Assembly: GCA_951406725.2 (NCBI GenBank)
Contig: OX597816.1
Coordinates: forward strand, 23,312,001 to 23,376,000
DNA length: 64,000 nt
DNA from: Octopus vulgaris
Taxonomy: Eukaryota
Direction of reading: 5' to 3'
The position numbers were made by a program, and so were the translations under genes. Below the pieces are notes generated by a model. It saw only the letters and a program-made list of their open reading frames with translations. It made no database searches and was not told the origin of the DNA. Positions 1 to 13,190 of this stretch are shown piece after piece; the stretch's first letter is position 1, and each line of letters starts with the position of its first letter.

Positions 1-780
1 ATGTGTGTATGTATGTGTGTGTGTGTACGTATATATGTATGTATGTGTGCGTATATCTTGTGCGTTCGAGATGGTTCTTTGGAGCCTGAATTTGAAAATG
101 CTAGGTGCTCCCCATCGATCACGTACGAAGCTTTCGTGACGTGTCATATCTACACAGAAATAAAATTGATATTTATTTATTTATTCATTTATTTATTTAT
201 TTATCTATTTATTTATCATCGATGAACATTTGGCATCACTCTACTCTAGCTTATGGATTCTGACAAAGACTGACAATAGATTTCTTTAGAACTGTCAAGA
301 ACATTGTACCACCAACTAAATGTCCGTCGGATTATAAATGAGCAATATTGATTTTATACACACACAGACACACACACACACATAACTTCAAACCAAAAGA
401 AAGAGGAAATGCATGGTTGTGGCATTAATGGCTTTCCCAAGAGGATAACTAGCATAAATGATTTGATATAAACTGATTAGCAAGGCAGCAATAATCGTTT
501 TCTTGAGATTTACAAACACATTCTAGGCTTAAATAACACCTCCTTGATTTAGGTAACACCGGTACGTTGAACCTTTAAATATTAATGAAATGTCTTATAT
601 ATTTCTACTCAGTTAAGCATTGAAATTTTACAACTCCATCTACCACGATTAATGATTTATTTTGCTTCGTTCCGTTGGTATTTAATAGAAATAATAATTG
701 AAATACTTTTGTAAGTTGAAGATTTCTATTTCCATGGATTGAAGAATCTCAACTAGCCAAGTCGATAGAAACTAGACGTT

Positions 781-1136
781 GTGGCACTGTGTCGGTTACG
801 TCGACGAGGGTTCCTATTGATCTGATCAACGGAACAGCCTGCAAGTGGCTGAGCACTCCACAGACACGTGTACCCTTAACGTAATCCTCGAGGAGATTCA
901 GCGTGATACAGAGTGTGACAAGGTTGGCCCTTTGAAATACAGGTACAACAGAAATAGGAAGAAAGAGTGAGAGAAAGTTGTAGTGAAAGTATACAGGAGG
1001 GTTCACCACAACCCCTGATGGAGCCTCGTGGATCTTTAGGTGTTTTCGTTTAATAAACACTTGCAACGCTCGGTCTGGGAATCAAAACTGTGATCCTACG
1101 ACCGCTGCCCTAAACACTGGGCCATTGCGCCTCCAC
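781..1136 (-). mobile_element. SINE family C (tRNA-derived), near full length
   Basis: The minus strand starts gtggaggcgcaatggcccagtgtttagggcagcg with an A-box-like motif and a degenerate B box. It is homologous to the copies at 6447, 28580 and 39955. Confidence 0.8.
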
Positions 1137-1596
1137 AGAAATTCGACGTACAGATTCGATGGTTCAATGATTTTTATTCTGTTATTTTTACAACGTTATA
1201 TTAATGAACAATGTAATTTACTCCCAGATGGTTAAATGTCCATGGCTGTAGTAAAATAGATACCGCGAGGCATATAGATTTCACCACTAAATAGATGAAG
1301 TATTGCGATTAGTTATTGATTATATTATTTCTAATCAATTCGCAAACTTGCCAGAACCAGTCGGTGACATCTTGTAACTTTAGACTCGTCTAAAACTCTT
1401 TCGGTTATATTTGTAATTATATTCAGTTTCTGATTTGCAAAATGGAATTTCTTTTTAATCAACAAGCAGCTTCTCTTGTGACTGTAGCCCTGCTGGAGCA
1501 CCGCCTTTTATTCGAGCAATTATTATTATTATTGTTGTTATTATTATTGTTATTATTATTATTATTATTATTGATGTTGTTGCTATTGTCGATGTC

Positions 1597-1987
1597 TTAC
1601 TCTTTTACTCTTATTTGTTTCAGTCATTTGACTACGGCCATGCTGGAGCACCGCTTTTTAGTCGAGCAAATCTACCCCAGAACTTGTTCTTTGTAAGCCT
1701 AGTACTTATTCTATCGGTCACTTTTTGCCGAACCGCTAAGTTACGAGGACGTAAACACACCAGCATCGGTTGTCAAGCGATGTTGGAGGAACAAACACAG
1801 ACACACAAACATATATACACACATATATACGACGGGCTTCTTTCAGTTTCCGTCTACCAAACCACTCACAAGGCTTTGGTCAGCCCTAGGCTATAGAAGA
1901 CACATGCCCAAGGTGCCACGCAGTGGGACTGAACCCAGAAAATGCGGTTGGTGAGCAAGCTACTTACCACACAGCCACTCCTACGCC
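1597..1987 (-). mobile_element. SINE family A (tRNA head, CORE-like segment, central TA/TG microsatellite, (GTAAAAGA)n tail)
   Basis: Head ggcgtaggagtggctgtgtggtaag, CORE-like ggcaccttgggca, tail tgactgaaacaaataagagtaaaagag. About 25 copies in the window. Further degenerate or partial copies lie near 4720, 10940, 11133, 13240, 14080, 14560, 17330, 29870, 35000, 41200, 42445, 46980, 55090/56140 and 60770. Confidence 0.9.
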
Positions 1988-3052
1988 TACCTCTGCAAAT
2001 AATGGCAAAATATCCAGTGTACTACGATATTGGTTACATATTTAACTAATTTTCAAGTATTCTCTTGCCCTTCTTTGAGGCGCTAACAAGTGATTTGAGT
2101 GTGACAGACCTTGTTGACAGCAGTTCCTCATGAGACTGAAATCTATTAAACAAGTCAGATAATCCTGGATAATCATGAAAATATTTCTGATTAATTTAAA
2201 TCATGACTCTTAGTTTTCTCCAACTACGGTCAGTTAACCTCTATGTTCAATATCTCAACTCACTTCTACTCGAAAATCTTAAAGAAGCATAAGTTATGTG
2301 CAGTATCATTCAGCTGGTATTCTCGCTGTGGTTCCCTTTACAATTTCCTAATATAGACAAATTTACATGATGCAGATGAAGCTAAATTGAAATGTCGTCT
2401 TCATTTTATTATTCCTATAGATGGTTCTCTCCAGCATTTTCGATGTATCAATAGAGTTTATATCCGACCTAAATGCTGGTTAAGTTTTTCGAATTTTAAC
2501 ATCAGACAACTCGCCAGAGACAGGTTTATTTACGCAAAATTTGTATAATTCTATTTTTACAATTTTCGTTGCTCTTTGTTCGACTTGAGAATCGATATTC
2601 ATTTCTTCTTACCTCTTCCTTTCCATCACTTCACTTCCTATTCGCCCATTATGCGATGACTGGCTGCAAAGGGCTGTATCAAAATGGTAGTATTTATCAC
2701 AGTCACCGCAGCTGAATCTTGAGTCATCACGTGACCGCAAATCTCTATCCACAATCCGAGAAATGGAACTACTCACACGTAAGATGATGTAATCCTACAT
2801 CCACCGCTCACCAAACAAAAATAAAGGTGATGGCCACGAATGGAATGCTTTCGCTTCCAGATTTTCTCAGTGTTAGCATGGCTGTGCGCTTGCAACCATA
2901 AGGTTCCAGGTTATCAAACAACGCTCATTGGGGAAGTGTCTTCTAATATAGTCCAGTGTCGACCAACGACATGTGAGTAACTTCGTTAGGCGGAAATTGT
3001 GCGGAAGTCCGTCGTGTGTATGTATGCATGTGTGTATGCCTTTGCATTTGTT

Positions 3053-3448
3053 TCCGCTAAACGCAGAGAGGACAAACAAGGACAGACAAACGGATTAAGT
3101 CAATTATATCGACCATAGTGCATAACTGGTACTTAATTTATCGACCCCGAAAGGATGAAAGGCAAAGTCGACCTCGGCAGAATTTGAACTCAGAACATAA
3201 CGGCAGACGAAATACCTATTTCTTTATTGCCCACAAGGGGCTAAACACAGAGGGGACAAACAAGGACAGACATAGGTATTAAGTCGATTACATCGACCAC
3301 CAGTGCGTAACTGGTACATAATTTATCGACCCCGAAAGGATGAAAGGCAAAGTCGACCTCGGCGGAATTTGAACTCAGAACATAACGGCAGACGAAACAC
3401 TGCTAAGCATTTCGCCTGGAGTGCAAACGTTTCTGCCAGTTCGCCGCT
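3053..3448 (-). mobile_element. SINE family B with internal ~184-bp tandem units
   Basis: tRNA-like head (ctggcagaaacgtt...gagttcaaattcc) followed by repeated gcctttcatcctttcggggtcgataaat units, period 185 bp here. Further partial copies lie near 11430, 12430, 12660, 20130, 23330, 23520, 26150, 26815, 31847, 34380, 38080, 41630, 41865, 53600, 57490 and 63350. Confidence 0.9.
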
Positions 3449-3686
3449 TGCATTTGCAAATAAATTATGGTAAGTATTGGTATTCTTACAATCTTTGAAC
3501 TATGTATCAAACTGTTTCAATAAGGAAACATAAATTGATTTAGTGCCATGAGGAATCTAAGGAATGACATAACGAAAACACTTTGAAAATATAACTTTTG
3601 AAATTTGTTTTAAATCGCATATAAGTCAGTGACTTGCATTTCTTTCTAGGTTTACGACAGGTGGGTTAATGTCTGAAATCTTACTA

Positions 3687-3885
3687 TGGCGTAGTAGTTA
3701 AGAGCGCCAGCTTCTAACCCCAAGATTCCGAGTTCGATTCCAAGCAGTGACCTGAATAATATTAACACCGAATGAGAACCCAGGTTCGAAATTTCCCCAT
3801 GATGAAGGCTGGAGGATATATCAGACGAAACATTGTGCTAACAACAAACAAAATGAGGACAAATATCCGTCAAATGTAAATAAAT
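3687..3885 (+). mobile_element. tRNA-headed short element with a degenerate hammerhead motif in its 3' half
   Basis: A box TGGCGTAGTAG at 3687 and B box GAGTTCGATTCC at 3730-3741, then (a)TGATGA-a-ggctg..cagac-GAAA-c-att at 3799-3834. Confidence 0.55.
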
Positions 3886-3891
3886 AATATA

Positions 3892-4226
3892 GGCGTAGGG
3901 GTGGCTCTGTGGTAAGTAGCTTGCTTACGAACCACATGATCCTGGGTTCAGTCCCACTGCGTGGAACCTTGGGCAAGTGTCTTCTACTATAGCCTCGTGA
4001 GAATGAAAGCCCGTTGTATATGTGTGTGTGTGTCTGTATTTGTCCCCCAACATCACTTGACAACCGATGCTGGTGTGTTTATGTCCCCGTAACTTAGCGG
4101 TTCGGCAAAAGAGACCAATAGAATAAGTACTAGGCTTACGAAGAATAAGTCCTGGGGTCGATTTGCTCGACTAAAGGCGATGCTCCAGCATGGCCGCAGT
4201 CAAATGACTGAAACAAGTAAAAGAGT
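3892..4226 (+). mobile_element. SINE family A, internally deleted
   Basis: Head and tail match the other A copies; part of the middle is missing. Confidence 0.88.
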
Positions 4227-5164
4227 ATAGTAGCAAGAAATGTTTTACCAATCTGACGAATCCCAGCAATTCTTAGAAACAGTCAGACATGGCTTTTTCC
4301 CCTTACGTTATTAAGAGATAGTATTTATGACTCGCTATGGAGTAGATTTAACAAGATAAATTCAAATGTATATATGCATGCATACCATATTTTCGTTATT
4401 GTCTAAGTCTGTGTGTAACTAAATGTGAGCAAACTTGTTTATGCAATTTGATGTGCGCATATAGATTGTGCACATGTGTGCATGTATGAGGATTGACTGA
4501 TTGCGAATGGGTTTGGCATATGCGAGTGACTCTGCATAAGCGTGTGAGAATATACAAGTTAGTCTATATCCGAATACGTAATATAAGCGAATATATTAGT
4601 ATGTTCATAAGTATATATGTGAATCTTCAGTCAAAGAGTAATTCTTTCAGGTGGAGAGGATTGTTCTCGAAATATTTCAAAATATTTCAAAACATGAACA
4701 AAGTTTCACAATATGTTGGTTCAGCCAAAGCTGTCCGATTAAGAAGTTCACTTTACACCCATTTGCTTTCAGCTTTAGTCCTACTGCGCAACATCTTGGG
4801 TAGATGTCTTCTTCTATAACCTCGGGTCAATCACAGCTTTGTGAGTGAACTTGGTAGGTAGAGACTGTATGGAATCCTGTCACATATGTATTTGTGTGAG
4901 TGAGTGCGGGAATGAGTGAGTGCGTGAGTGAGTGCGTGCGTGCGTGAGTACGTGCGTGAGTGAGTGTTTCTATGCATCTATATGAGTGTTTTTTTCAATG
5001 TTTCCACGCTGTTTGACAACTGATCTTAGTTTAAGTCCTCGTGACTTAGTAGCTCGGGAATAAGACATTCAGCAGAATAAGCACAAGACTTGACCAAAAA
5101 TACGAAATACGAACTAGGGGCGATTAAATCGACGATTGAACCAATTACAAATCTAAAAATATTC

Positions 5165-5734
5165 TTTTCTATTATAAGCACAATTTGGGGGAGGGGGATA
5201 GTCGATTACAGTGACCCCAGTACTAAACTGGTACTTAATTTATTGATCCCGAAAGGATGAAGGGCAATGTCGACCTCGGCGTAATTTGAACTCAGAACGT
5301 AAAGACAGATGAAATACTTATTTCTTCATTGCCCACAAGGGCTAAACACAGAGGGGACAAACAAGGACAGACAAACGGATTAAGTCAATTATATCGACCC
5401 ACAGTGCGCAAGTGGTACTTAATTTATCGACCCCGAAAGGATGAAAGGCAAAGTCGACCTCGGCGGAATTTGAACTCAGAACGTAGTGGCAGACGAAATA
5501 CCTATTTCTTTACTACCCACAAGTGGCTAAACACAGAGAGGACAAACAAAGACAGACAAACGGATTAAGTCGATTATATCGACCCCAGTGAGTAACTGGT
5601 ACTCATCTAATCGATCTCGAAAGGATGGATGACAAAGTCGACCTCGGCGGAATTTGAACTCAGAACGTAACAGTAGACGAAAAACCGCTAAGCATTTCGC
5701 CCGGCATGCTGACGTTTCTGGCAGCTCGCCGCCT
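5165..5734 (-). mobile_element. SINE family B, three tandem units
   Basis: tcgacctcggc recurs at 5270, 5454 and 5638 (period 184); tRNA-like head at the right end. Confidence 0.9.
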
Positions 5735-6356
5735 TACAGCTCTAAAAATATAAAAAAAGGTAGATGTAAACTTATCGTAGATTTAAGAATCAATCTCAGA
5801 TAATGCAGCACTTGGGTAAATCCTACAATAAACCGAATATAGTAATCACGAACGTTGTTCTGAGATTCGGGCAAGAAATAATTAACTGTCAAATAGCATA
5901 TATCACCTGGTTGCAAATATAAACCGTAATAATTTTACAGGTCGAGTTATGGGTTAATATTTCAGACAATTGGGGGTTCTATAGAACTAGTGTGTAAATT
6001 GAAAAACTGGCAAAGTAAAATTCAATAGCCAAAGCAATAAGCAACACAGATGTCAAACTGACGTTACTTTTAACATATATGGTTACCTATGTCTTTCGGT
6101 AGTTCAAGGTTGAAAGGAAACCTGTACATTCACACAGGAGGCTGTGAGAGTACACAGGTAAATTAATGATCTTATAGCATGTTTATGCAGAATAACAATG
6201 TCGTATTGGTGTATGCATACACATATACGTACACACACATGTGTATATAGTGACTGTACACATGTATGCATGCATACACAGGTATATATGTACACACACA
6301 CATGTATACATATATGCACCTACATGTATATGTATATACCTAAATGCATGTTTCTA

Positions 6357-6399
<43 letters not shown>

Positions 6400-6446
6400 T
6401 ATATATAAATGTGCGTGTGTGTGTGTATATATATATATACCTGCAT

Positions 6447-6755
6447 GTGGAGGCGCAATGGCCCAGTGGTTAGGGCAGCGGACTCGCCGTCGTAGGATCG
6501 AGGTTTCGATTCACAGACCGGGCGTTGTGAGTGTTTATTGAGCGAAAACACCTAAAGCTCCACGAGGCTCCGGCAGGGGATGGTGCGGATCCCTGCTGTA
6601 CTCTTTCGCCACAACTTTCTCTCATTCCTATTAGCCGGCTCTCATTCTTTCTTCTGGTAGCGTCATTTGAAGGCTAAAACAATGCGAAGCGCATTGTGAC
6701 CATCGATGTGTAGCAACATCTGATAGCCTGGTCGGTCAATGTGATCACAGTGATA
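6447..6755 (+). mobile_element. SINE family C head and body with an alternative 3' tail
   Basis: A box TGGCCCAGTGG and B-box-like GGTTTCGATTC. The body matches the 781-1136 copy up to caactttctctca, then diverges. Confidence 0.8.
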
Positions 6756-8074
6756 TACCTGCATACACTCATACATACATACATACATACATACATACAT
6801 ACATTAAATGTGCGCGTGTATACTCAGATACATACAAATGCATTTAATATGCGCATATGTGTAAGTCCAATTGTATCCATGCTAGTGGAAACCTCTTCGC
6901 GAGTTTTACTTGATAATCATATCCACCAGATTACATATTGCAGTCAGGTAATTAATTATTTTATCAACCACTATTTCACGAAACGCTAATTCAAACTCAG
7001 ACAAACAGACGCAAACAAAGATACATACTTATGTCCATCTGCATTCATTGTATTGAAATAAGTGAATGGAAGTATAAATCTGACTGAGTAAGCTAGACTT
7101 AGGCTTTCACGGTGGAGAAGTGAACGTTGCTTTACTCAGAGAGAGAGAGAGAGAGTATAAACTGAATTAAACAACAGCTCGGTTTTCTGTATGAAAGCTA
7201 AAAGTCATTATTAAGGAAATACGCTTACGAACGTTTCGATACATTGCCCACGATTAGCTCTTAACATAAGATTTTATTTTAGATTATCATAATAAAAATT
7301 TATATATATATATATATATAAATAAATATATATATGCTCACACACATACATATGCTCACACACACACACTAACACATATACATACACACTTACAGATACG
7401 CGCATACACGCACATATATATATATACACACTTATACACTCACACGCATCCACACACTTACGTATGCATACACATACACTTGCGCATACATACGCGCACA
7501 CAAATACGCAAACACACACTTACACACACACACACATTTACATACGCACACACATACACTTACACATGCATACGCACACACACCTATAATCCGTGCACAC
7601 ACACATACATATACACACATGCATACGCGTACTCACATATGCGCGCACACACACATATATGGGCGCAGGTAAATTCTTATACATTAAGAATGCATGGATG
7701 AATAGATATTTCGTAGATATTTCTAGAATGCCTATTTATTTATATTTATGCTTCTAACCGAAAGCAAGTGATGGTGTAGTGTATGTGCGAACGTGTATGT
7801 ATGTGTATTAGCAGTATACGGTAACTAGTTCAATGATTGTGCGTTCGAATAGGCAGTAAGCGTTTCGATATGAATCTGAGCGGAACCCATTATCCTCCAC
7901 AGCTCAATTCATTTCAAAGCTAAGATTAGATAGATATTCTGGGAACATAAACAAGAATTCCGTTGTTTCAATTATGGCGGTAACTGAAAACTGAATCATG
8001 CGCTAGAATATGCTAGAATGAAAACCTATTGTTAAACAATTAAATTTTCACACACAAACACATACATACATACA

Positions 8075-8104
<30 letters not shown>

Positions 8105-8105
<1 letters not shown>

Positions 8106-8498
8106 TGTTTTATGCGTTTCATTTATTTGACTACGGCCATGCTGGAGCACCGCCTTTAGTTGAACAAATCGAACCTCAATGACTTACTCTTCGTAAGCAT
8201 AGTACGTATTCTATCGGTCTATTTTGGCGAACCGCTAAGTTACGGGGACGAAACACACCAGCATCGGTTGTCAAGCGATGGTGGGGGGACAAACACAGAC
8301 ACACAAACATATACACACTCGCACACACATATATACGACAGGTTTCTTTCAGTTTCCGTCTAACAAATCCACTCACAACGCTTTGGTCGGCCCGAGCTTA
8401 TAGTAGAAGACACTTGCCCAAGGTGCCACACAGTGGGACAGAACTCGGAACCATGTGGCTGGTAACCAAGCTACTTACCACACAGATACTCCTGCGCC
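8105..8498 (-). mobile_element. SINE family A
   Basis: Full head-to-tail match to the other copies. Confidence 0.9.
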
Positions 8499-8506
8499 TC
8501 TCCCTC

Positions 8507-8562
<56 letters not shown>

Positions 8563-8772
8563 CTCCTGCGCCTCTCCCTCTCTGTGTATATATATAAATA
8601 TATATATATATAAGTTCAGCAAAAATTTTGATTCAAATGAAAATGGTACTTAATTTAGATGCACCAGAAAATTCTGTATGGTGTTATCCATTTAATAAAA
8701 TGATGTAGTACGAAACGATCGTACCAAATTACCGGAGTCATTCTCGTTGCTTATTTTGATTATATATATATA

Positions 8773-8970
8773 TAGTTAATCCAAACATGAAAATAAAAAG
8801 AGAAAACACAACAACGAGGACGTGGAACAAGTACAGTGTTATTGGACGCTCGGGAAAGAAAGGAGGATTTAACGTTTCGAGCGGACCTCTTCGTCAGAAA
8901 CATAGGAAAAGGAAAGGTCCAAGGAAGGGAAGACGGAGGGAAAAAAATCGCCAACGATACACACGTGATC
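8773..8970 (-). mobile_element. ~200-bp HHR-bearing element (Penelope pLTR-like), family H1
   Basis: Homologous to 61858-62064. Flanked by (TA)n and (CA)n. Confidence 0.7.
8868..8900 (-). ncRNA. Minimal type I hammerhead ribozyme motif
   Basis: ttt-CTGACGA-a-gag(gtccg)ctc-GAAA-C-GTT-aaa; stem III is the palindrome ACGT. Confidence 0.65.
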
Positions 8971-9338
8971 ACACACACACACGCACACACTGATTTGAAT
9001 ACATATATATGTATTCATGCACCTACATACATACATACATACATACATACATACATACATACATACATACACATACATGCATGCATACAAATACACACAC
9101 GTGTGTGTCAGTGTCAGTGCTTGCGTGTATGTCCGCGCACGTGTGTGTGTATGCCCGTTTCATTTCGGTTTTTACTTAGACATTAAAGCACCATTTTAAC
9201 AGAGCATCTTGACGTATATTTTGAAAATGATATATGCCCAGCAGCCCTTTAAAATCATGTAGCTATTACATTGTTTAAACACAGCTCAATACATGATATT
9301 GATATCCAGTCTGACTATCTTAAAATCAATATCAGCAA

Positions 9339-10487
9339 CAATGGCGGATCATGTATAGGAACTTCAGAACTGCAGCACCCCACATTTCCACTCGATATTA
9401 TCGATAATATAATGAGTCCTTTTTTTCTTTATACTTGTACATTATATTATCCTTAAGCTTATTGTCAGCAGCCATCCCAAAAAATGCAAAAATCCTTGTT
9501 TAGAACTATGCGCCTCATAGTTCAGGCGACGCGGTGTTTGGCTGTTGTGCGCATGCTCACATGTCCGAGATAGGAAGCTTCACACTAGAGAGAGAGAGAG
9601 AGTGTACTGCGTGAACGACAGTGCCGTGTAAGGTAGTGTTTGTTTTTTACTCCGCGTGTGTTGTGCTTTAAAAACGTGTTTATATTCTTGAATGGGATAA
9701 AGTGTAGAATTAGATTACTAAACTGCTTCCAGCTTCAGCGTTGCTGTCAGGATTTGAAAAACAGGGCAACCCTGCCACCACCCCCTCACATTTTGGGACT
9801 TAGGGGATTCTTGAAAAACAAGGGGAAATTTGCAGCGGTTTTCAGTGAACAAATTAAACACACTACCCGGCAGTGGCTAAAACGCAAACCGATCAACTTT
9901 ATGTATAAATTTTCTTTTTATATTTTACTTGTTTCGGTCATTTGACTGTGGCCATGCTGGAGCACCGCCTGTAGTCGACCAAATCGACCCCAGGTCCTAT
10001 TGTTTGTAAGCGTAGTACTTATTCTATCGGTCTCTTTTTGCCGAATCGCTAAGTTACGGTGACAATAAACACACCAGCATCGGTTGTCAAGCGATGTTGG
10101 GAGGACAAACACAGACACACAAACATATATATATATATATATATATATTCGTTTTTCTTGCTTCAACTCACAGCTGCGGCCATGCTGATGCACCACCGTT
10201 ATATGTATGTATATATATATATATATATATATAAACATACATACATGACGGGCTTCTTTCAGTTTCCATCTACCAAATCCACTCACAAGGCTTTGATCGA
10301 TCCGTGACTATAGTAGAAGACACTTGCCCAAGGTGCCACGCAGTGGGACTGAACCCGGAACCATGTGGTTGGTAAGCAAGCTACTTACCACACAGCCACT
10401 CCTACGCCTTTTATACAATATTAAAACAACACCCCCAAAATTTTCCGAAGCCGCACCCCCACTAATTTTATCTACGAGCCACCACTA
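9339..10487. mobile_element. Non-autonomous hAT-like DNA transposon containing a nested SINE A
   Basis: 8-bp direct repeat atcagcaa at 9331-9338 and 10488-10495. Degenerate TIRs caatggcggatcat and (reverse complement) tagtggtggctcgt. Confidence 0.6.
9914..10408 (-). mobile_element. SINE family A
   Basis: Full match; a partial duplication of the tail sits inside its microsatellite. Confidence 0.9.
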
Positions 10488-11767
10488 ATCAGCAATGACA
10501 TGAAAAAATACAGGAGATATAACAGGATAGAGTTCTGGCACCGTATGCTAGCAAATATTTGAACGCTGGTTACAATAAGTGGAAAATGTCCCCCCAAAAA
10601 GGAAAAAGAAACAAACTGTGATGCTGATACACTGGATGAGATGGGGGGAAAGGGAAACGACATTGCTGAATCAGCAAATTGAAAGGTTACTGTTTGATAC
10701 GTTGTAGGATTTTCGAAATGTCAGATTAAAAATAGATTCAAGAGGGGCAATTGTTACATTTTCCTCCCCGTTTAAACTGATTTTGAAATTCAGAGTTACC
10801 TTTCTTTATCTCTGTTTACTCACACGCTAATTATATAATGTGTGTGTGTATGTGTGTGTGTGTGTGTGTTTGTGTGTTTGTGTGTGCGTATGTGTGTGAG
10901 TGTACGCGTTTATTAAAAACGAAAATATACGTACACCATAGGCGTAGGCATGGTTGTATGGCTAAGAAGCCCTCTTTTCAATCACCTGGTTTCCAGTTCT
11001 GTCTCACTGCGCGGCACATTGGGCACGTGTCTTCTCTTATAGCCCCGATCCAATTAATGTTTTGTGAATGGTTTGGCAGACGGAAACTGTGTGTAAGCCA
11101 GTCGTCTTTCACCCCTCCATCTCCCTGTAAGATAGTGGCTGTGTGGTAAGTAGCTTGCTTACGAACTACATGGGTCAGGGTTCAGTCCCACTGCGTGGCA
11201 CCTTGGGCAAATGTCTTCTACTATAGCCTCGGTCCGACCAAAGCCTTGTGAGTGGATTTGGTAGACGGAAACTGAAAGAAGCTCGTCGTATATATGTATG
11301 TGTTTGTGTGTCTGTGTTTGTTCGACTAAAGGAGTTGCCCCAGCATGGCCACAGTCAAATGACTGAAACAAGTAAAAGAGAAAAAGAATATACCAGACAA
11401 ATACTCAGCAGCATTTTATCGCTCTTTACTGAACTCCTGAGTTCAAATTCCACCGAGGTCGAATTTGCCATTCAACCTTTCGGGTTCGATAAAATAAGTA
11501 CCAGCTATGCACTGGGGTTGATGTAATCGACTTACGTCTCCTCTGAAATTGCTGGCCTTGTGCCAAAATTTGAAACCAATATTTAGCGTAAGTGGTGGAT
11601 AGTAAATCTGTAATTATATCCTGTTTGTTCTAGATTTATTTCCTGTTAGGGTCGATTATTAACCGTCAGCATTCCGAGACCGAGAAATAAGTGACATCAT
11701 GTTAGTCAACTAATCACTCATTCTGAATGTTAGGCCTTTTTCCGAGTTGAGATATATATAAAGCTAG

Positions 11768-12039
11768 GGTACTACTTAACAAGAATGGTCCCGGTGCGCG
11801 CACTCGCGTACTCGCGCATCCGCGCTAGCTAGTCGTGAAAAGTCGATCCTACAACGACTACCTAGCAAAGTAAATAAAACACAAAATAAATAATTTTTTT
11901 ACACAAAGTAAATATTTTTTTTAAACAAAGTAAATAAAACAGAAAAACACAAAGCAAGGATCGACTAGTCACGACTAGCTAGCGCGGGTGCGCGAGTACA
12001 CGAGTGCGCGCACCGAGACCATTCTTCTTAAGTAGTACC
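11768..12039. mobile_element. Mutator-like MITE (272 bp)
   Basis: TIRs of about 80 bp starting GGTACTACTTAA. Perfect 9-bp TSD taaagctag at 11759-11767 and 12040-12048. Confidence 0.88.
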
Positions 12040-12797
12040 TAAAGCTAGAAAGCCCACGTTCAGATCCCTGTGATATCCGAGTCAGTGAACGTAAATAAAA
12101 ACGTAAAAAAGGCCACAGAAAAAAAATATAGTATTTCATTTAAATATGACAAAATAATTAAAATATTTGCTCATTAGTTTAAATTGCATGACTTGCATAA
12201 ATTGAAACCATAATTTATGAAATGGAATGCCATGTATGTCAACAAAGATCTCGTTCTGTTCAAAATCTCTAATAGAAACAATGAAACCCAAAAACATTGC
12301 ATCAATTGTTGATTTGACTTTTCCTGTGACAATCTCTCCGCCTGCCCTAACCCTGGATACTCCAAGGACTAAGTTCTGGGTTGGTAAAAATAACCGTTTC
12401 ACATATTGGAATATGGCTTGAAATTATAGGAGAGGAGGCTAGCCGATTGCATCGACCTCAGTGCGCTACTAGCACATATTTTATCGACCTCGAAAAGATG
12501 AAAGGCAAAGCCGACCTGGGCGGAAATTGAACTCAGAACGTACAGACGGACGAAATGCTGCTCAGCTGTCAACTCTTGCTCGGCGTGTTAACAGTTCTGC
12601 CAGCTTGTCACCATAATAATTAATAAAATTTTTTTGCCAGAAGGGCAGCTTGAGGGAGGTGAGGATAAGTCGATTACATCGACCCCGGTGTTCAATTGGT
12701 ACTTATTTTATCGAACCCGAAAGGCTGAAAAGTAAAGTCGACCTCGGCGGAATTTGAACTCAGAAATTATCGACGACTTGTTGCCTTAATAATAATC

Positions 12798-13190
12798 TTT
12801 TCTACTCTAGGCACAAGGCCTGAAATTTTGTGGGTGGGAGCCAGTCGATTAGACCGACACCAGTACGCAACTGGTACTTAATTTATCAACCCCGAAAGGA
12901 TGAAAGGCAAAGTCGACCTCGGCGGAATTTGAACTCAGAACGTAAAGACAGAGGAAATACCCATTTCTTTACTACCCACAAGGGGTTAAACACAGAGAGG
13001 ACAAAAGAGGACAGACAAACGGATTAATTCCATTATATCAACCCCAGTGCGTAACTGGTACTTATTTAATCGACCCCGAAAGGATGAAAGGCAAAGTCGA
13101 CCTCGGCGGAATTTGAACTCAGAACGTAACGACAGACGAAATACGGCTATGCATTTCGCCCGGTGTGCTAACGTTTCTGCCAGCACGCCT
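12798..13190 (-). mobile_element. SINE family B, two units
   Basis: Same head and tandem unit as the other B copies. Confidence 0.88.

Noticed and set aside
4253-4284. CTGACGA...GAAACAGTC hammerhead-like string
   Set aside because: Neither stem I nor stem II pairs in the required register.
5165-5734. Regularly spaced repeats resembling a CRISPR array
   Set aside because: The whole 184-bp unit repeats, there are no unique spacers or cas genes, and the context is a eukaryotic SINE.
12136-12421. Overlapping short ORFs in unique sequence as a host exon
   Set aside because: No recognisable domain, codon bias or clear splice sites.
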